DNA from: Podarcis gaigeae
Taxonomy: Eukaryota
Strand: one strand, 5' to 3'
NCBI GenBank assembly: GCA_964106915.2
Contig: OZ066917.1
Length of the DNA: 64,000 nucleotides
The notes beneath the pieces were generated by a model, which made no database searches, was not told the origin of the DNA, and saw only the letters and a list, made by a program, of their open reading frames with translations. How positions within the stretch are numbered: position 1 is the first letter of the stretch; every line of letters starts with the position of its first letter. This document shows positions 12,298 to 25,500 of this stretch, piece after piece. The position numbers and the translations under genes were made by a program.

Positions 12298-14979
12298 CTC
12301 AAACCCTTGACAAGATTTTATTTTGCACAGGCTTCTACAGTTTCTTCCCCTAGGTTAATAAACATAATTCATACTACACTTTGCATTATTATGTAAACTA
12401 CTTTTCACAAATAAACTAATTTTTCTGTTAATGTAAAATCTATGCAAATACATGCAGTCATTTATCAGGAAAGCTGACAAGCATTCCATATTGGAAAAGG
12501 AAAATGAAACTGCCTAAAGAATAGAGGCAATTAATTATTTCTGTATTTTCTCTCCGTCTGACTTAAGGCACAAAAGTTATCCATCCAGTTAAAACAGCAA
12601 ATGAAATAAAGAGTTTCTTTTTTATTATTTAAACACATATGGCTTTTGCCTGCAATACTGATCACCGCAAGGTCTGCAGATGCCCATGGCTAAATTGTAC
12701 ACTGGCAGATGGACACAGGGGAAAACTGTGCTAATGCGGCATGGTGAGCAAAACAAATGAAGAACTGAATTTGGTGGTGGGAGGGAGTCTTTCCCCCCAT
12801 TGAGATATGCCATTTGCTTATAAAGTGCAAATTAGGTCAATAATAATTTTTGTACAATAAATATTCTAGTGCTTATTCCATCAGGAGAAATTTAAGAAAT
12901 CTTGTGCAACAAAAATTCAAAAGGCTGAGACAGAGATACCAGCGGCAGTGGAGACGGAAGTGTGTTGGCAAAGTAAATTTCCTACACAGTTTTATTCTGA
13001 CTGCTAAATGCTAATAGCACAAATAATGAACATGTTTAATGAGGCAACTGTGTCCTACGCGTGTGCTGTTATTTTACCTTGGTAAGAGGCAATCTCTCAA
13101 GGTGCAGATGAAAATTGCAAACATTAAGGCACAACCTAGCAAATGTGATATTACTTACATATACTTCCTACTGCCAATGAGAAGTCTTTATTTATTAACT
13201 GTTTCGTTTTACAGGGTTATTAAAAAAACATGTAGGGTCTAAGTTAGCCTTTGATATACTTGAGAAATGATTTATAGGAGGGAGAGAGAGAATGTGAGTA
13301 TGGCAGAATATTTACTGGAAATTGTTCAGTATTATTTTTCTAGCAATAACTTTTCTGCTAATAGGCCTGTAAACATGCACAAAGTTGACTTGAAATTACT
13401 CTTTCAATTATAACTGAATGTCTAAAATAAATCACCTATCCAGTTTACTGTTTTGTACTGTGCTAAATTTTTAAATGAATTTCTAGAGCACATTACACAA
13501 GCAAAATTGCTTCAAAATAATTTAGTGACACCATGCAATATTCTTAAAATACCAAAGTATTTCTACTCTAACTTTATAAACTACATCTGGAAAAGAAATA
13601 TACAACCATTCCAACCAACGGCAAAAAGCATTACTCAGAACATAATGATTCTGTTAAAAAAATGTTTGCCATTGGTTGAAACGGGTATACATTTCTTTAT
13701 AGAGGTGACCATGAATAAGCTGTTTCCAGAGTTAAATTGGAAGCACTATCATACATTTTACAGGGAAGAACAAACAAAGGGGATGGAAAATGGTTAAGAA
13801 ATGAGCAAAGATATCCATTCGGAAGAAGGACTTTTTAATGGAATCTATCACTTGATTGTATCACATTGTCTGAATCAGATTTCACTTTTATAGCTACAGA
13901 GTTTGTAACACTGTTCAAACACATTCATGTTACTCATAAAAATGTAAATGGCTTGTTTTATATTTCAAACATCAAACCCTTTTGGAAATCGCATTCCTCT
14001 CTTCAATGTACTGAATGCAACCATGAGCCCCATGCACACAGGGCTTTCTAACTGGGGATGTGGAAAAGTGCCCTCTGAAAATTTGATGGTTTTATCAGAA
14101 CACGTATGGCTTCCCTTGAGATTCATCTGATGTTCTGCCATAGAAATAACTCCTAAACTCACTTCAAATTTTGCTTTAGGACTCCTTTTCTTTTCAGTGG
14201 AAGGAATATTATCTACACTCTACACAAGCTTTTCGTCTTGCATGTGCTGAGAATTTCTCTCTTGTTGAAAACAAGAGATTGCTACTAGGCAGACTGGAAA
14301 TGCATTCAAGAGGAGTGTATCGATATAATACTTAAAATGAAGTTTGATTCCTGAATTTGAAACATATTTATCTTTTTTCTTGTTTTAATATGCAGTATGA
14401 ATTTACTTCCAGATGAGATACAACATCAAAGATTCCTGTCTTTGTAGATCTGGTTCTCCTTTTTCTACTCCCTCTTTGTTCACAAATAAATCTTCTGTGT
14501 ATGTGAATAATAATACAACTCTCCAAACGTTACAGTATATGTGGACAATAAAACAATTTCCCAAACAATATAGGATGAAATCTCCATTTTGTACTTTTTC
14601 AAACACCAATGGGAGATTATGCATGGATGGCAGGTTATTGTCTCATTTCCCCCCCTTCATTTCAGAGAAATATCATTGCTCTAAATCCTGTTTAAATTTT
14701 GTTACATGTTCCTGTGCCTCTCAATACAACTGAGAAGGTTGTAACTCTAAAGAATGTGGTCCAAAACTGAATAATTCCATGCAAAGAGGAGAGGAGTTGT
14801 TAGCTGGAGAAAGACACTCCCTGTCATCAAGGCCATTTGGGTCCCAAATGATAGCATTAACTCAGGAAGCACCCTCAGACTATAAACTTACTCTTTTCAG
14901 GAGGAGTGCAGTTCCTATTCAATTAGTGGACTTTAGAACTACCCATAATCCATGCCCAAAATCTTGTAAGGAGTCTTTC

Positions 14980-15259
14980 GAAGAAGAAGAAGAAGAAGAA
15001 GAAGAAGAAGAAGAAGAAGAAGAGTAGTAGTTTGGATTTGATATCCCGCCTTTCACTCCCTTTAAGGAGTCTCAAAGTGGCTAACATTCTCCTTTCCCTT
15101 CCTCCCCCACAACAAACACTCTGTGAGGTGAGTGAGGCTGAGAGACTTCAGAGAAGTGTGACTAGCCCAAGGTCACCCAAGCAGCTGCATGTGGAGGAGC
15201 GGGGAAGCGAACCCGGTTCCCCAGATTACGAGACTACTGCTCTTAACCACTACACCACA
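14980..15259 (-). mobile_element. Squam3-like tRNA/CORE SINE with (TTC)n tail
   Basis: The minus strand has a tgtggtgtagtggttaaga head, a ggttcgcttccc B-box and a (TTC)n tail. A near-identical copy lies at 55797-56115. Confidence 0.8.
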
Positions 15260-15264
15260 TGTCC

Positions 15265-15770
15265 TCAACCACCAGTCCAGCACGTGAACAGTCTCTCCTG
15301 ATTCAGATGGAACGGAGACACAGAGTGGTGTCATCCACACACTGATGATAACACACTACAAATTCCCAGATAACCTTCATCAGGGCCTGAATGGAACCTT
15401 GTGGGGCCCACAACATAACTGTCAAAGAGCCAAGCAGAAATCACCCAATGCTACTTTGTGGCATTGATCCTGCATTTAGGAACAAAACCACAGTAACAGA
15501 GTAGCCTCAAATGTCAATCCCTAGCACTGATACAGAAGACTGCCACAGCCAATGGCATCAAAATCTGCTGTGAGAGCAATAAAAGTAATCTATGCGGGTG
15601 ACCAAGGCTCTGTCAATGCCAAAACAAGGCCTGAAACCATATGGAAATAAGCCTCAAAACAATTTCCTCCAGGGACACCTGAAGTGGACTGGAAACGACC
15701 TATCCAAAAAAGAAGGCCTTTCTGACCAGGTGGTCGTTGTCTAATACTTCAAAGTCCAGTGATGTCCTCT
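15265..15770 (-). mobile_element. L2 LINE RT fragment, degraded
   Basis: Resembles the L2 RT region (GFRPCFGxETALV-like segment near 15600-15640). Similar to 36170-37290. Confidence 0.5.
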
Positions 15771-17099
15771 TAAAGATACACACACACATGTACAAATATT
15801 CCTCAATCACATTCCCTTCAGTTGCATTTTTATATAAAACCTAAAAAAGGTAAAATTTTAGCATTTTTCTTGGATGAGGAAGATTCCACATCCTCTCTGA
15901 TGATTTCAAGTGGTTTCGTCAGCATCTCAGCTTTATACTTTTAAAACTAGAGGGTAAAAAAGCACTATATCCATCAGGGGGGCTTTGGCAAAAGCCTATT
16001 TGACAACCCAAGAAGATCACGTCTACTGGATGTGTTCTGTGTAAATGAGCAGCTACTCTTACCCCTAAAAGAAAAAGGAAAGAATCCCTTTTAAGGTTAT
16101 GTGTCTGCACCAAATTGTTTATTTCTGGGACAAGTAGGGTCTCTCACATTTGTCTCTCTTTGCCCTGATAAAGTCCTGTGCTATTAGTTTTCATGGCACA
16201 GCATAAAGAAACGAACTGCATATCTTTCCTACCAACAGATGAGGCATGGAGATGCATGTGAAGATGGACTTCACCCTATAGAGAAGAACAGTGGGGGAGA
16301 ACTGCATTAAGTAGAAAAGCTGGAAAAACCTTTCGCTGCTGCTGGTGTGTGTGTGTGGTTGTGTGTACATGTACTCCAGCCTGCTGTTTGACAGGCATCC
16401 TGAGACAACATACAGATAAAATGAGTGCTTCCTTTAAAAAGTACCCACTAACCCCCTCCCTCCAAAATCAATCCTAATTAAGGCTAGTACAGTGATGAGG
16501 TACAGACTGCACAAGCTGTTTTCAGTACATCTCTCAAGAAAAGCAGCTGGTGTAGAAGAACTTAAAACGTTAGTGAGACAAACCTCCCTTTGTAACAAGC
16601 CACATTGACCGTTCCTCAACAAGATTGGCTCTATGTACCATTCTAGCTTTCATAATGCATTCTGTGCTTGCCTGGAAAAGGGGTTAGGCGGATAAGTCTG
16701 TAGTTTTCTCGTTTTTAAAATAAAATAAAATAAAAATAATATCTTGACCACTTTCAAGTCTTTTAACGAGAAGCCAGATTTGCATACACATGTAAGTTCA
16801 GGTATTTCACATCCAAGTTTTTTCGAGAATGTATGGGTAAATGTTATTCAGCTTTTAATTTTGTTAGTTAGCTTTAAGTGCAACCTCTATTTGACGTGGT
16901 TCTTCTGATGTACTACTAGAATAAAAGATGCAGCAAGGGGTTTCCCTTTGACATCTTCCGTAGTAAATTTTTAAGATTTATCTACACTTAAATATTTGGA
17001 GAGAAAGAAAAAGGCACAAAGAAGAACTATAAGGAAGATCATGAAATAAGCTGTATGTGATTGAAAATGAAAAGTGAAAGCGGGCGGTGAGGCCTATGA

Positions 17100-17182
17100 A
17101 AATGTATCCCACAATAAACCTGTTAGTCTTCAAGGTGCCTGGGGACACTGTTGTTTTGCTGCAATAGGGCAACACAGCTACT
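17100..17182 (+). mobile_element. Degenerate Penelope-like 3' end remnant
   Basis: acaataaacctgttagtcttcaaggtgcc...gttgttttgctgcaa...aacacagcta is similar to 32645-32704 and to reptile PLE-derived ends as I recall them. Confidence 0.45.
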
Positions 17183-17840
17183 GCTGAAAGTTACAGACCA
17201 CAGAGACACTGAGAGTGAGTTTTACCAGCACAAAGCAAGCAGCAGAAAGCAGCAAAGAAAGAACTGCAAATGGAGACAGGATGCATGGCTGTTCACCAGT
17301 TATATAGCAATGACATTTAGGAATGGATACCATATTTTATAGACCGTTGAAGAGCACGGCTCAAAAAGGAAGAAGCAGCAAATCCTAGGTGCTAGCTTCA
17401 GCTTTTTGCAAGCCAACAACAGTTATTTACCTTCTACCCTAAGCCAATATTTCAGATTTTTATTTTATGATGCCCAGGTAAGCAGTTGCCTCCAGTCCTC
17501 TTGACACACTGAAGTACAATGTGAACAGTTGCTTCATCCAGTCAGTAAAAGAAGAAAGGCAGGAAAATGACATTCCATCAGGACTAACCCTACCACTAGG
17601 CAGAAAAGTGTGGATGCCATGGAGGGGGTTGGGGACAGATGTAGCAAGGTGTTGGCTGACAGAGCTTTGTCTGTCCTGCAACCCCTAAGCAGATTTTCCT
17701 CAAATTTCATGTTGTTTTGATTTTATTAGTTGTTGGTCTTAATACTGTGTTGCTTTTATGTTCACCGTCCGATAGACTTCTGAATAAAGGTGTGGTTCAG
17801 ACATTTTCTGAACTGCCTTGGGATGCAGTGGAAGACATTG

Positions 17841-17944
17841 GCAGATGGACAATGTTGAGGTTAAGATTCAGTTGTCAGTGCAGCTGCAAATTGCAGATGG
17901 ACAATGTTGAGGTTAAGATTCAGTTGTCAGTGCAGCTGCAAATT
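17841..17944. repeat. Perfect 52-bp tandem duplication
   Basis: gcagatggacaatgttgaggttaagattcagttgtcagtgcagctgcaaatt occurs twice in tandem. Confidence 0.95.
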
Positions 17945-18360
17945 GTGGAACACAGGTTGGGGGAGCACCATCTTGTGCTTTGTCTCAGGCAGCTCAGTGA
18001 CTTGGGCCACCCTGAATCCCACATTTTTAATCACAGCTTAATCTGCTTTAAAGTGTAGTTTGCATGAGTGTTGACTTTTTGGATAATCTGTCATGGCTTC
18101 ATCCGGAATTTGAATATTTAAAGAATGTGTTCCAGAGGAGATGCATTTCATATCACTCATCAAAATAATTTCTCCAGCAGTCATTAATGGGGACATTTAG
18201 AGACATTCCTCACACTGGCAAAGGAAGCATTACTTAAAGCACTGCTGCCCTGTATATTTTAAAACAGTCATTAGGGTTGCTATTGCATACTCACTTATCT
18301 GGGAGTATATCTCACTGAACTCATGGAGATTATTTCTGAGTAAATGCATGTAAAATTATA

Positions 18361-18586
18361 CAGTGGTACCTTGAGTTAAGTACTTAATTCGTTCCGGAGG
18401 TCCGTACTTAACCTGAAACTGTTCTTAACCTGAAGCACCATGTTAGCTAATGGGGCCTCCTGCAGCTGCCACACCGCCGGAGCATGATTTCTGTTCTCAT
18501 CTCGAAGCAAAGTTCTTAACCTGAAGCACTATTTCTGGGTTAGCGGAGTCTGTAACCCGAAGCGTATGTAACCCGAGGTACCACTG
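18361..18586. mobile_element. Tigger/pogo-like MITE (same family as 7923-8441, uninterrupted)
   Basis: CAGTGGTACC...GGTACCACTG termini, flanking TA, and internal AACCTGAAGC repeats. Confidence 0.85.
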
Positions 18587-18787
18587 TATCACAGATAGAG
18601 AGTTATAACCATTGAAGCTCAGCAAGACCCATTTCCAAGTAAAGATGTACAAGATCATTTATTTTGGAGAACCATAGGACAGTGGAAATTCTGCTTTAAG
18701 TGCTCCCGCCTCCCACAAAGAGTAGATAGTCCAATACTGAGACTTTGCATATTAGAGAGAGAGGTTTACTATGGGGCTGCAGTTTAT

Positions 18788-19500
18788 ATTGTTGCTGTTG
18801 GCATCCATCTGTCTCGAGAGTCAACGGAGTGCACCTCCAGGAGTGAAGTCAAACCGCTGTGTTAGCAGCACCGAAGTGACCTCCCTGGGGAGCAAACCTG
18901 GGCAGTGTGCACAGAGGACCTGGGCTGCCCAGACAACAAACACCCCTCTAGGCCTTGCTGATGTGGTCCAAAGGAAAGCAGAGCAATACCTTTTGCACCA
19001 GCTTAGCTGCAGGAGTTGCTGGAAGGAGGCACACAAAGCACCATCCAACTATCTTAGGTACAAGTACCCCACTCTAGATTTGTGTAGGGTTTACTCCTTA
19101 GCCCTTTCTTCTCCTGAATATATCCCCCAAAGCAGTACAGGTTTAGAACTAGAGTTTTCCTTCTCTTAGATGGGCTATCTTCCAAGGTGGACAAGCCCTA
19201 GCTGGACCTCACTTCCCTCAACAGAATGTGCATAAACTGCCTTATTGGACCCACTACTGGTCTCATCTGTTCAGTCTGCTGCAGCCTGTCTTCACATGCA
19301 GGGAAAGTCCCTAACTCACCGAGGGTTTGAGACCCCTTGGCTACCCTCACCTAGTTTAACCAGCCAGTTGGAAGTCACTCCTGGGGTGTGGCTGCTGTCA
19401 CATGCTGAGAGCTTCTAGGAGCCATAGGTGAGAGCTGAGTGCAGCATGGGGACCAAAGATGGACACACTATGCTAGAAGGATCACCAAGGGTACTACCCC
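18788..19500 (-). mobile_element. Probable non-autonomous RTE-clade retroelement
   Basis: Begins with tgttgctgttggcatccatctgtctcgagag (reverse of an RTE-like 3' end) and contains gagttttccttctcttagatgggct (RTE-like 5' region). The family call is from recollection only. Confidence 0.45.
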
Positions 19501-22500
19501 TCCCCTAACACCCCACAAACCCCAGTTAAGACTGGTGCTTGCTACTTATTTTAACTGGACTTTTTTGTTCAGATCTGCCATTGTTGGTTTCTATATTGTG
19601 TTGCTTTAATATTATTCTAAGCTACTTCAAGTGGACTATAACTCAAAAGGTATGACACAAATGATTTTTAAAATACATTTGTTAGTCTACCATTAGGCTT
19701 CAAATCTGAAAAATTGATTTGCAAAATAGTTTCCAAATTTCAACTAAAGAATTATTAGATCATGGTATATAGAAGTCACTAAAATAAAGCTGCTGTGTTA
19801 CTATTGTTATTGGCCTTTTTTTGGCATAAGAGTGTGTTACTATTCATTCCTGCCAACTCTATGGTTCTACCATGCAGTATGGTCCATACACAGCTGTGTT
19901 GCCATGACATTTCCCCTTTCTAATGCCAGTTCAACCAAAACCTCTCCATCTACAAACGTATCAAATACCATAATGTCCATAAGTCATACAATGGCCTGTG
20001 CTGTTGCAACTACTGAGAAAAGCTGCAACAATGCCCAATTTGAAAAAAACTAGTGCCACAGGCTAACAATGGCTGAGCATATATGGTTGATACATCTTCA
20101 TCAGTTGCAGCAGTAACAAGGATTTTCTACCAGCCTCTGGACCTTGGCTTAATTGAATCCAGATATTTCTTTGGTTTCTCAGGATAAGTGGCTTCTTGTT
20201 AATGGCTATAAGGAGTAGGAGTATAGTATGGAGGTGACTGGTGGTGGAGTGCTTTTGAATTTGCCTTGAACTATCCACTAAATTCATGACACTTCTAAAA
20301 ATCAGGTGTACAGCAATGTGTTGCCTTGCAGATTCTCAGTACCTAGGAATTTCACAGCTTAAATCAATGTATTTTTTAAAGTTCAAAATCACAGCATAAA
20401 AGTTTGAAAATACTGTGTTGCAAAATCCGGTTCTAACTGCAGACTTTTAACTCCAGAAACACAGATGCTGTGTGACTCTAGGCACTACTTCCAGAAACAC
20501 TGGTTTCAGCCCAGTGTAATGCATGCATAACTGTGGCCTATTAAAACTCATGCTCAGCTTCATACCTACAATGATTCATTTACAACTTCTGCCTCCGAAT
20601 ACTTGTGGCAGATTCCATGTGACTAAAAGAAAAGCTATGTATTTTTCTCACACTGGTTTCTACCTAGTATCATGCATAATAGTGGCCTTAGATGTGAAAA
20701 ACAGATCTCAAAACAGCCCTTACTTGGGAGCCGAATTAAACTAAAATCAGTAGGACGCTTCCGAGTAAATGTCCTTAAGGTGAGGTAAAAATCCATTTAA
20801 GCACGAGTACTTCACAATAATTAAGGCAGCTTGTGTGCATCGTGCTAACCATCCGAATAACATCTGATAGTATATGAATGTGTTTTAATCTTTTGTACAT
20901 TTTTACTTATGTCTGCTTCTAGGAATTCAGTTCCCTCTTACAAACGATGCCTTTCTGGTCATCCTGTTCACTCTGTTAAACAATACATGTTAGAAATCTT
21001 GTTTATAGGAAAGATTACTTTAAGCTTTCAAAGCTGTTTATCCAACACATGCTGCTTCATTTTCAAGGTCAGTATTGAATATTTTAGTCACTTAATCTCA
21101 TACAACATGAAACAGTAATGAAAGTTCTGTTGGATGACCCACTGCAGATGCAGTAGATTAAAGGGAGCTAATCCCCTCTGATTCCATGGACCATTCTGGG
21201 TTCAGGAAAAAAAGAGCATTCCCAAAGTAGGATTCTTAAAACGTCACTGTTGGACTGCTTTAACTGAAATCTGGCATGCTGAGAATGTCTGCTTTTGATG
21301 CAGTTGATAAATAAATAAACCAAACACGGCAGTGCATTTCCCCATATTATCCTGCCTGCTATTTACTTGCCAGCACTATACAACCTGTTGTTGCAAAGAA
21401 GAAAGTGTGTTTGTCTTAAACATTCTTCTAACAACACTGAATGGTTTATTTAAAACATAAAAGAGAGATCTTAGTGGTTGTTCTCAAGTGTCCAGAAGAA
21501 CAGAATGTAGTATAAATACCATTTTGGAAATTTACGGAGATACTTTGGCTTATTTTTGGCACAGTGCCATAACTAATCTGTGAGAAACATTATTTGGATA
21601 TTACCCACTATGCCTGAGCTCTGTAAGTGACATAAGACTCTGTGTGATACACAGTACTCATATGCGATTTTTGCTTGTACTGTTTTAATTCTTGCTTCCC
21701 AAGAATCATCGCACTAAATTATATATATATGGGGAAAGCAGTTAGGATAGTGCTTTGGCAGAGGAGGGGGAATGAAAAAACTGCATTTCAAAGAGACAGG
21801 AGAAGAGGCTTGAGCAGCCCATGGCAGCTATCAAAACACAGATTATAAAATTACTACATGCTGTGATGGATTATCTGGGACATGGGAAACAGGGAAACAG
21901 ACAACAACCATCCCTAAACTTCATTACAATACTGGGTTTAGGGTCCAATTTGTGGGGGCACTTCTCAGTCAGAATGCAAAGGAGGCAGGCAGAGAATTAG
22001 AAAACTGTATCAACCTAACCGCAAACAGAGTCACTGTGGAAATAACCATGTTCAGCTTTTTTCCCAAAAGCCGAATGACACTGCTGAAATATTTGTAATA
22101 CATTTGCAATGTTTTGGAGAAAGGAAGTAATGGGGGGAGGGAAAAGAGCAGAGAACATAATTCTTTCTAGACTAGCCATGGAACACTCCCATCAGCCTCA
22201 GCCAACATGGCCAATGGAATGATGGGAGCTGTAGTTCAGCAAAATCTGGAACAGAGAATATATGTGTAAAAAAGCTCTGGGACTGTAACTGTCAAGTACT
22301 AATGGTATGGCCACAGTCTTAATTTTTGCATGAGTCGTACCCTGTGAAATTTCTCTCTAAGCAACTGTAAATAAATAAACTTATGCACAAGTCCTTTGTA
22401 ATATAATAATGCATTCTATCTGCAGATAAAGTACCGTATTTAATAATTATAAACATGAAAAAAGCATTATGAACATTACTCTGATTACCCTTTTAATAGT

Positions 22501-24639
22501 ATGTTTCCCCACTCTTAGTTTGAAAGAGTCATAACAAAAGAAATACAAAAACTCAAAGTCACCATAAATTAAACTGGAAGAAAATACACCTTTATTTTTT
22601 TCCCCAATGACAGTAAAAGTGAATCTGCTACAAAGATGTATGCTTCATTTCTCTAGTGGAAAAAAGAAATTTATTTTGGCTTGCAGGATGATGTGTAATG
22701 AAATGGGTGGGGGTGGAGAACTGTTAGAATATCAGATACATTAAATGAGCCTTCAAACCCACTCCAACAACAGGGATAAATAATTCAATAAAACCCACTT
22801 CATATTCTGTTTCCCTAGTGCAATACACAGATATTAAAAAACAAGACTTTAAACTTATGAACAGTGGTGTGAAGAATCACAACTACACAAAGAGAATTCA
22901 ATGTGGCATAAATAGAAGAGCTTGTGCATTCAAAGCAACCAACATGTTTTCTCTAGCTGGAAAGCCAATATTCGTAAAATTAAAAATGAAGTTGCTAATT
23001 AATAAATTATGTTTGCTGAACACAAAATCAGTCTAGGCACACTTCTTTTCCAACTGAGATAGACTTTTTGAATAATACTGCAACAATATTGCACAAAATA
23101 TTTTATGTGAAAGTATGGGAGCGGGAGTTCCCAGCAGAGTCTGTAAAAGTGAGCAAGACTGTGCAACAGGAACAACAACAGCAGAATTTGAAGAAAGTCA
23201 CTCCTCAGACTTTCCTACACCTTTAATTCCTTACACAATTATCAATCCTAATTTCCACTTGGTTATTTTCATCTTGCTGTGCTGACAGAAGTCCTTATCG
23301 CTAAGACCAAACTTGATTCAGTTGATAGGTGGATGTAATGAAACAGAAAACTGACTATTTTAAATATAGGAGCATATGTAAAGTGTGCTAACCACCTTCA
23401 AACCAGCATCTTAATTTATATTTGTTCATCTAATGTGAGACTTCTGTATGACTATGAAGTGTAAAAGTCTTTGTTAACATTCAGTCCAATTCATCACAAA
23501 GAGAAGCACAGGGATTCATTCAGTTTAGTTGCATTTGTTTTCAGTGCAATTAAAATTGGCATAAATCCTGGAAGGACTAAATTTTTAAAATAAAATTAAA
23601 GTTCACATTGAATTTTGTATCTAGGCTAGTTTTAAACACCCTTACTACAAGTGGATGTGAAAAACTTCCAAACACCTTTAAAAAAAATGCCTTACAAAAT
23701 GTTTGAAAATTGGAATTAATTTTAATCTAGTATGCTAAATTCTATAACATCATTGTTATGTTACACAACTTTTCTCAGTGCCTACGTGTTTTTTGTATGC
23801 AACAACAAATTCAATATTTTTAATATAATAATAATATAATCCCTAAATGTTATCCTTCTATATTTATTAGATTAAGTTTACAGTTCAAATAAATCAAAAT
23901 ATCTGGACAAACTGCATCAGTTACTGAATTAATTTTAAAGAATCAAAACTTTTAACACTATGTGAAAAGCAGCTTGATCTATAAATTTATAAAGGAATAT
24001 TTATTCTAGTCAAACTGGAGTTCAATCATTGCCTACAACAGAACCTACTCTCCCAAGTACACAAGCTTGCAGTTTTAGTCTCCAAATCCAAACATAGTTA
24101 CCAAGTAGTAAGTTCCACTGAATTAATTATATTTTACATACAAAGTAGAGATGCACAGATCACAATATGAGGTGTAGCAACATTTTGCTAATGCAGGCTT
24201 ATAAATTGCTGTAATTATTTTATATTTAATGACAATATTCTGCAAGAAACATTAACAACTTTGTGGTGTAACAGATAATTCAACCCATTTACAGCTCAAT
24301 CCTAACCAATGTAAGGAATTTGAAAGGGAGTTGATTCTAACCTTCACCTTATCATTATGGAAACAAGCTAAATATAAGTCTAAAGACTTCACTGTGTGTG
24401 TCATCTCAGCAGCTAGAAGAGCATAGAGGAACCACTTCAGGAGAGTGCTTTGTTGTGAAGATTTTCAGTTATCACAGAGGAGTTTTGTTGCACCTCCACT
24501 GAGAACCGAATTTCAATTTATTACTATGTGTTTTCCCCTGTACTAAGCGGTTCAGTAGATCACTGCACAGTTCCAGCTAAATTTCTGTATTTGGACAACA
24601 CAGCTTGTTCGCTGCTAATACAGTACTGTTAAAAAGAAG

Positions 24640-25400
24640 TGCAGGGACTGTGCTCCGGGGCCGGGCTCCCGGTTCAGAGGAGCAAAGTCGAGATGCTTTC
24701 CAGACTTTCCTTGCGCAGGACTCTGGTCCCTTCTCCCACCGACCCCAAACACCCTCGGGATGAAGGAGATAAAATGTGAGAGCGCCACGCTAGTGCCTTT
24801 TCCCGTCGCAAGCTCAAGCCTTAGTTTCTTAGAGGCGAGAGGGCGAAGGGAAATAGCAGGACCGGATGCAGACGGGTCTCTTCTCTGCGGGAAAGAGATT
24901 TGCTTGCGCAGCGTCTCTCCTGGCGCCCCTCCACCTGTTGTTGGGTTGATCGACCCCAACCTATCCGCTCGCCCACGATCCTTCCCTGCCCCACGCACAT
25001 TTCTGAAGCTAAGCTCAGGCAAGGCCACGCTGGTGAGCTGCTGTCTGGAAGCGTCTCGACGCCGTTTGCAATCCCTGCCCAGACAGAAAACGGCCGCGCA
25101 GAAAATGCGCGCCCCGCCAGATCCTCATCCTTGTCCACTGGAGGATGCGCTATCGCTGCCTCCCCGCGCCCTGGGCGGCGGCTCCAGTTTCTCCTCCTTT
25201 CGCCTCTATCTAATTCAACGACCTAACACGCCCGGAGAAGTGCACAGTGAAGGCAACCCAAACAGATCGCTAGACGCAAAGGTGATCTGAAGGGCCAAGA
25301 AGCCACAATAGGATCCTAAAGGGACCAAGTTGCTGCAATACCCAACACGCGACTTGTCGATGGACTTGCTTGGAAGCAAATGCCTTTAGGGCCGGGCGAT
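24640..25400. promoter_or_regulatory. CpG island (upstream satellite island)
   Basis: Abrupt rise in GC content and CpG density compared with the AT-rich flank at 22-24.6 kb. Confidence 0.7.
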
Positions 25401-25446
25401 AAGGAAGTTCACCATTATCTGGAAGTAGGTCTAATCAATGCAACGA

Positions 25447-25484
<38 letters not shown>

Positions 25485-25500
25485 TGATGATGATGATGAC
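25447..25500. repeat. (AAT)n(GAT)n compound microsatellite
   Basis: Directly visible. Confidence 0.95.
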
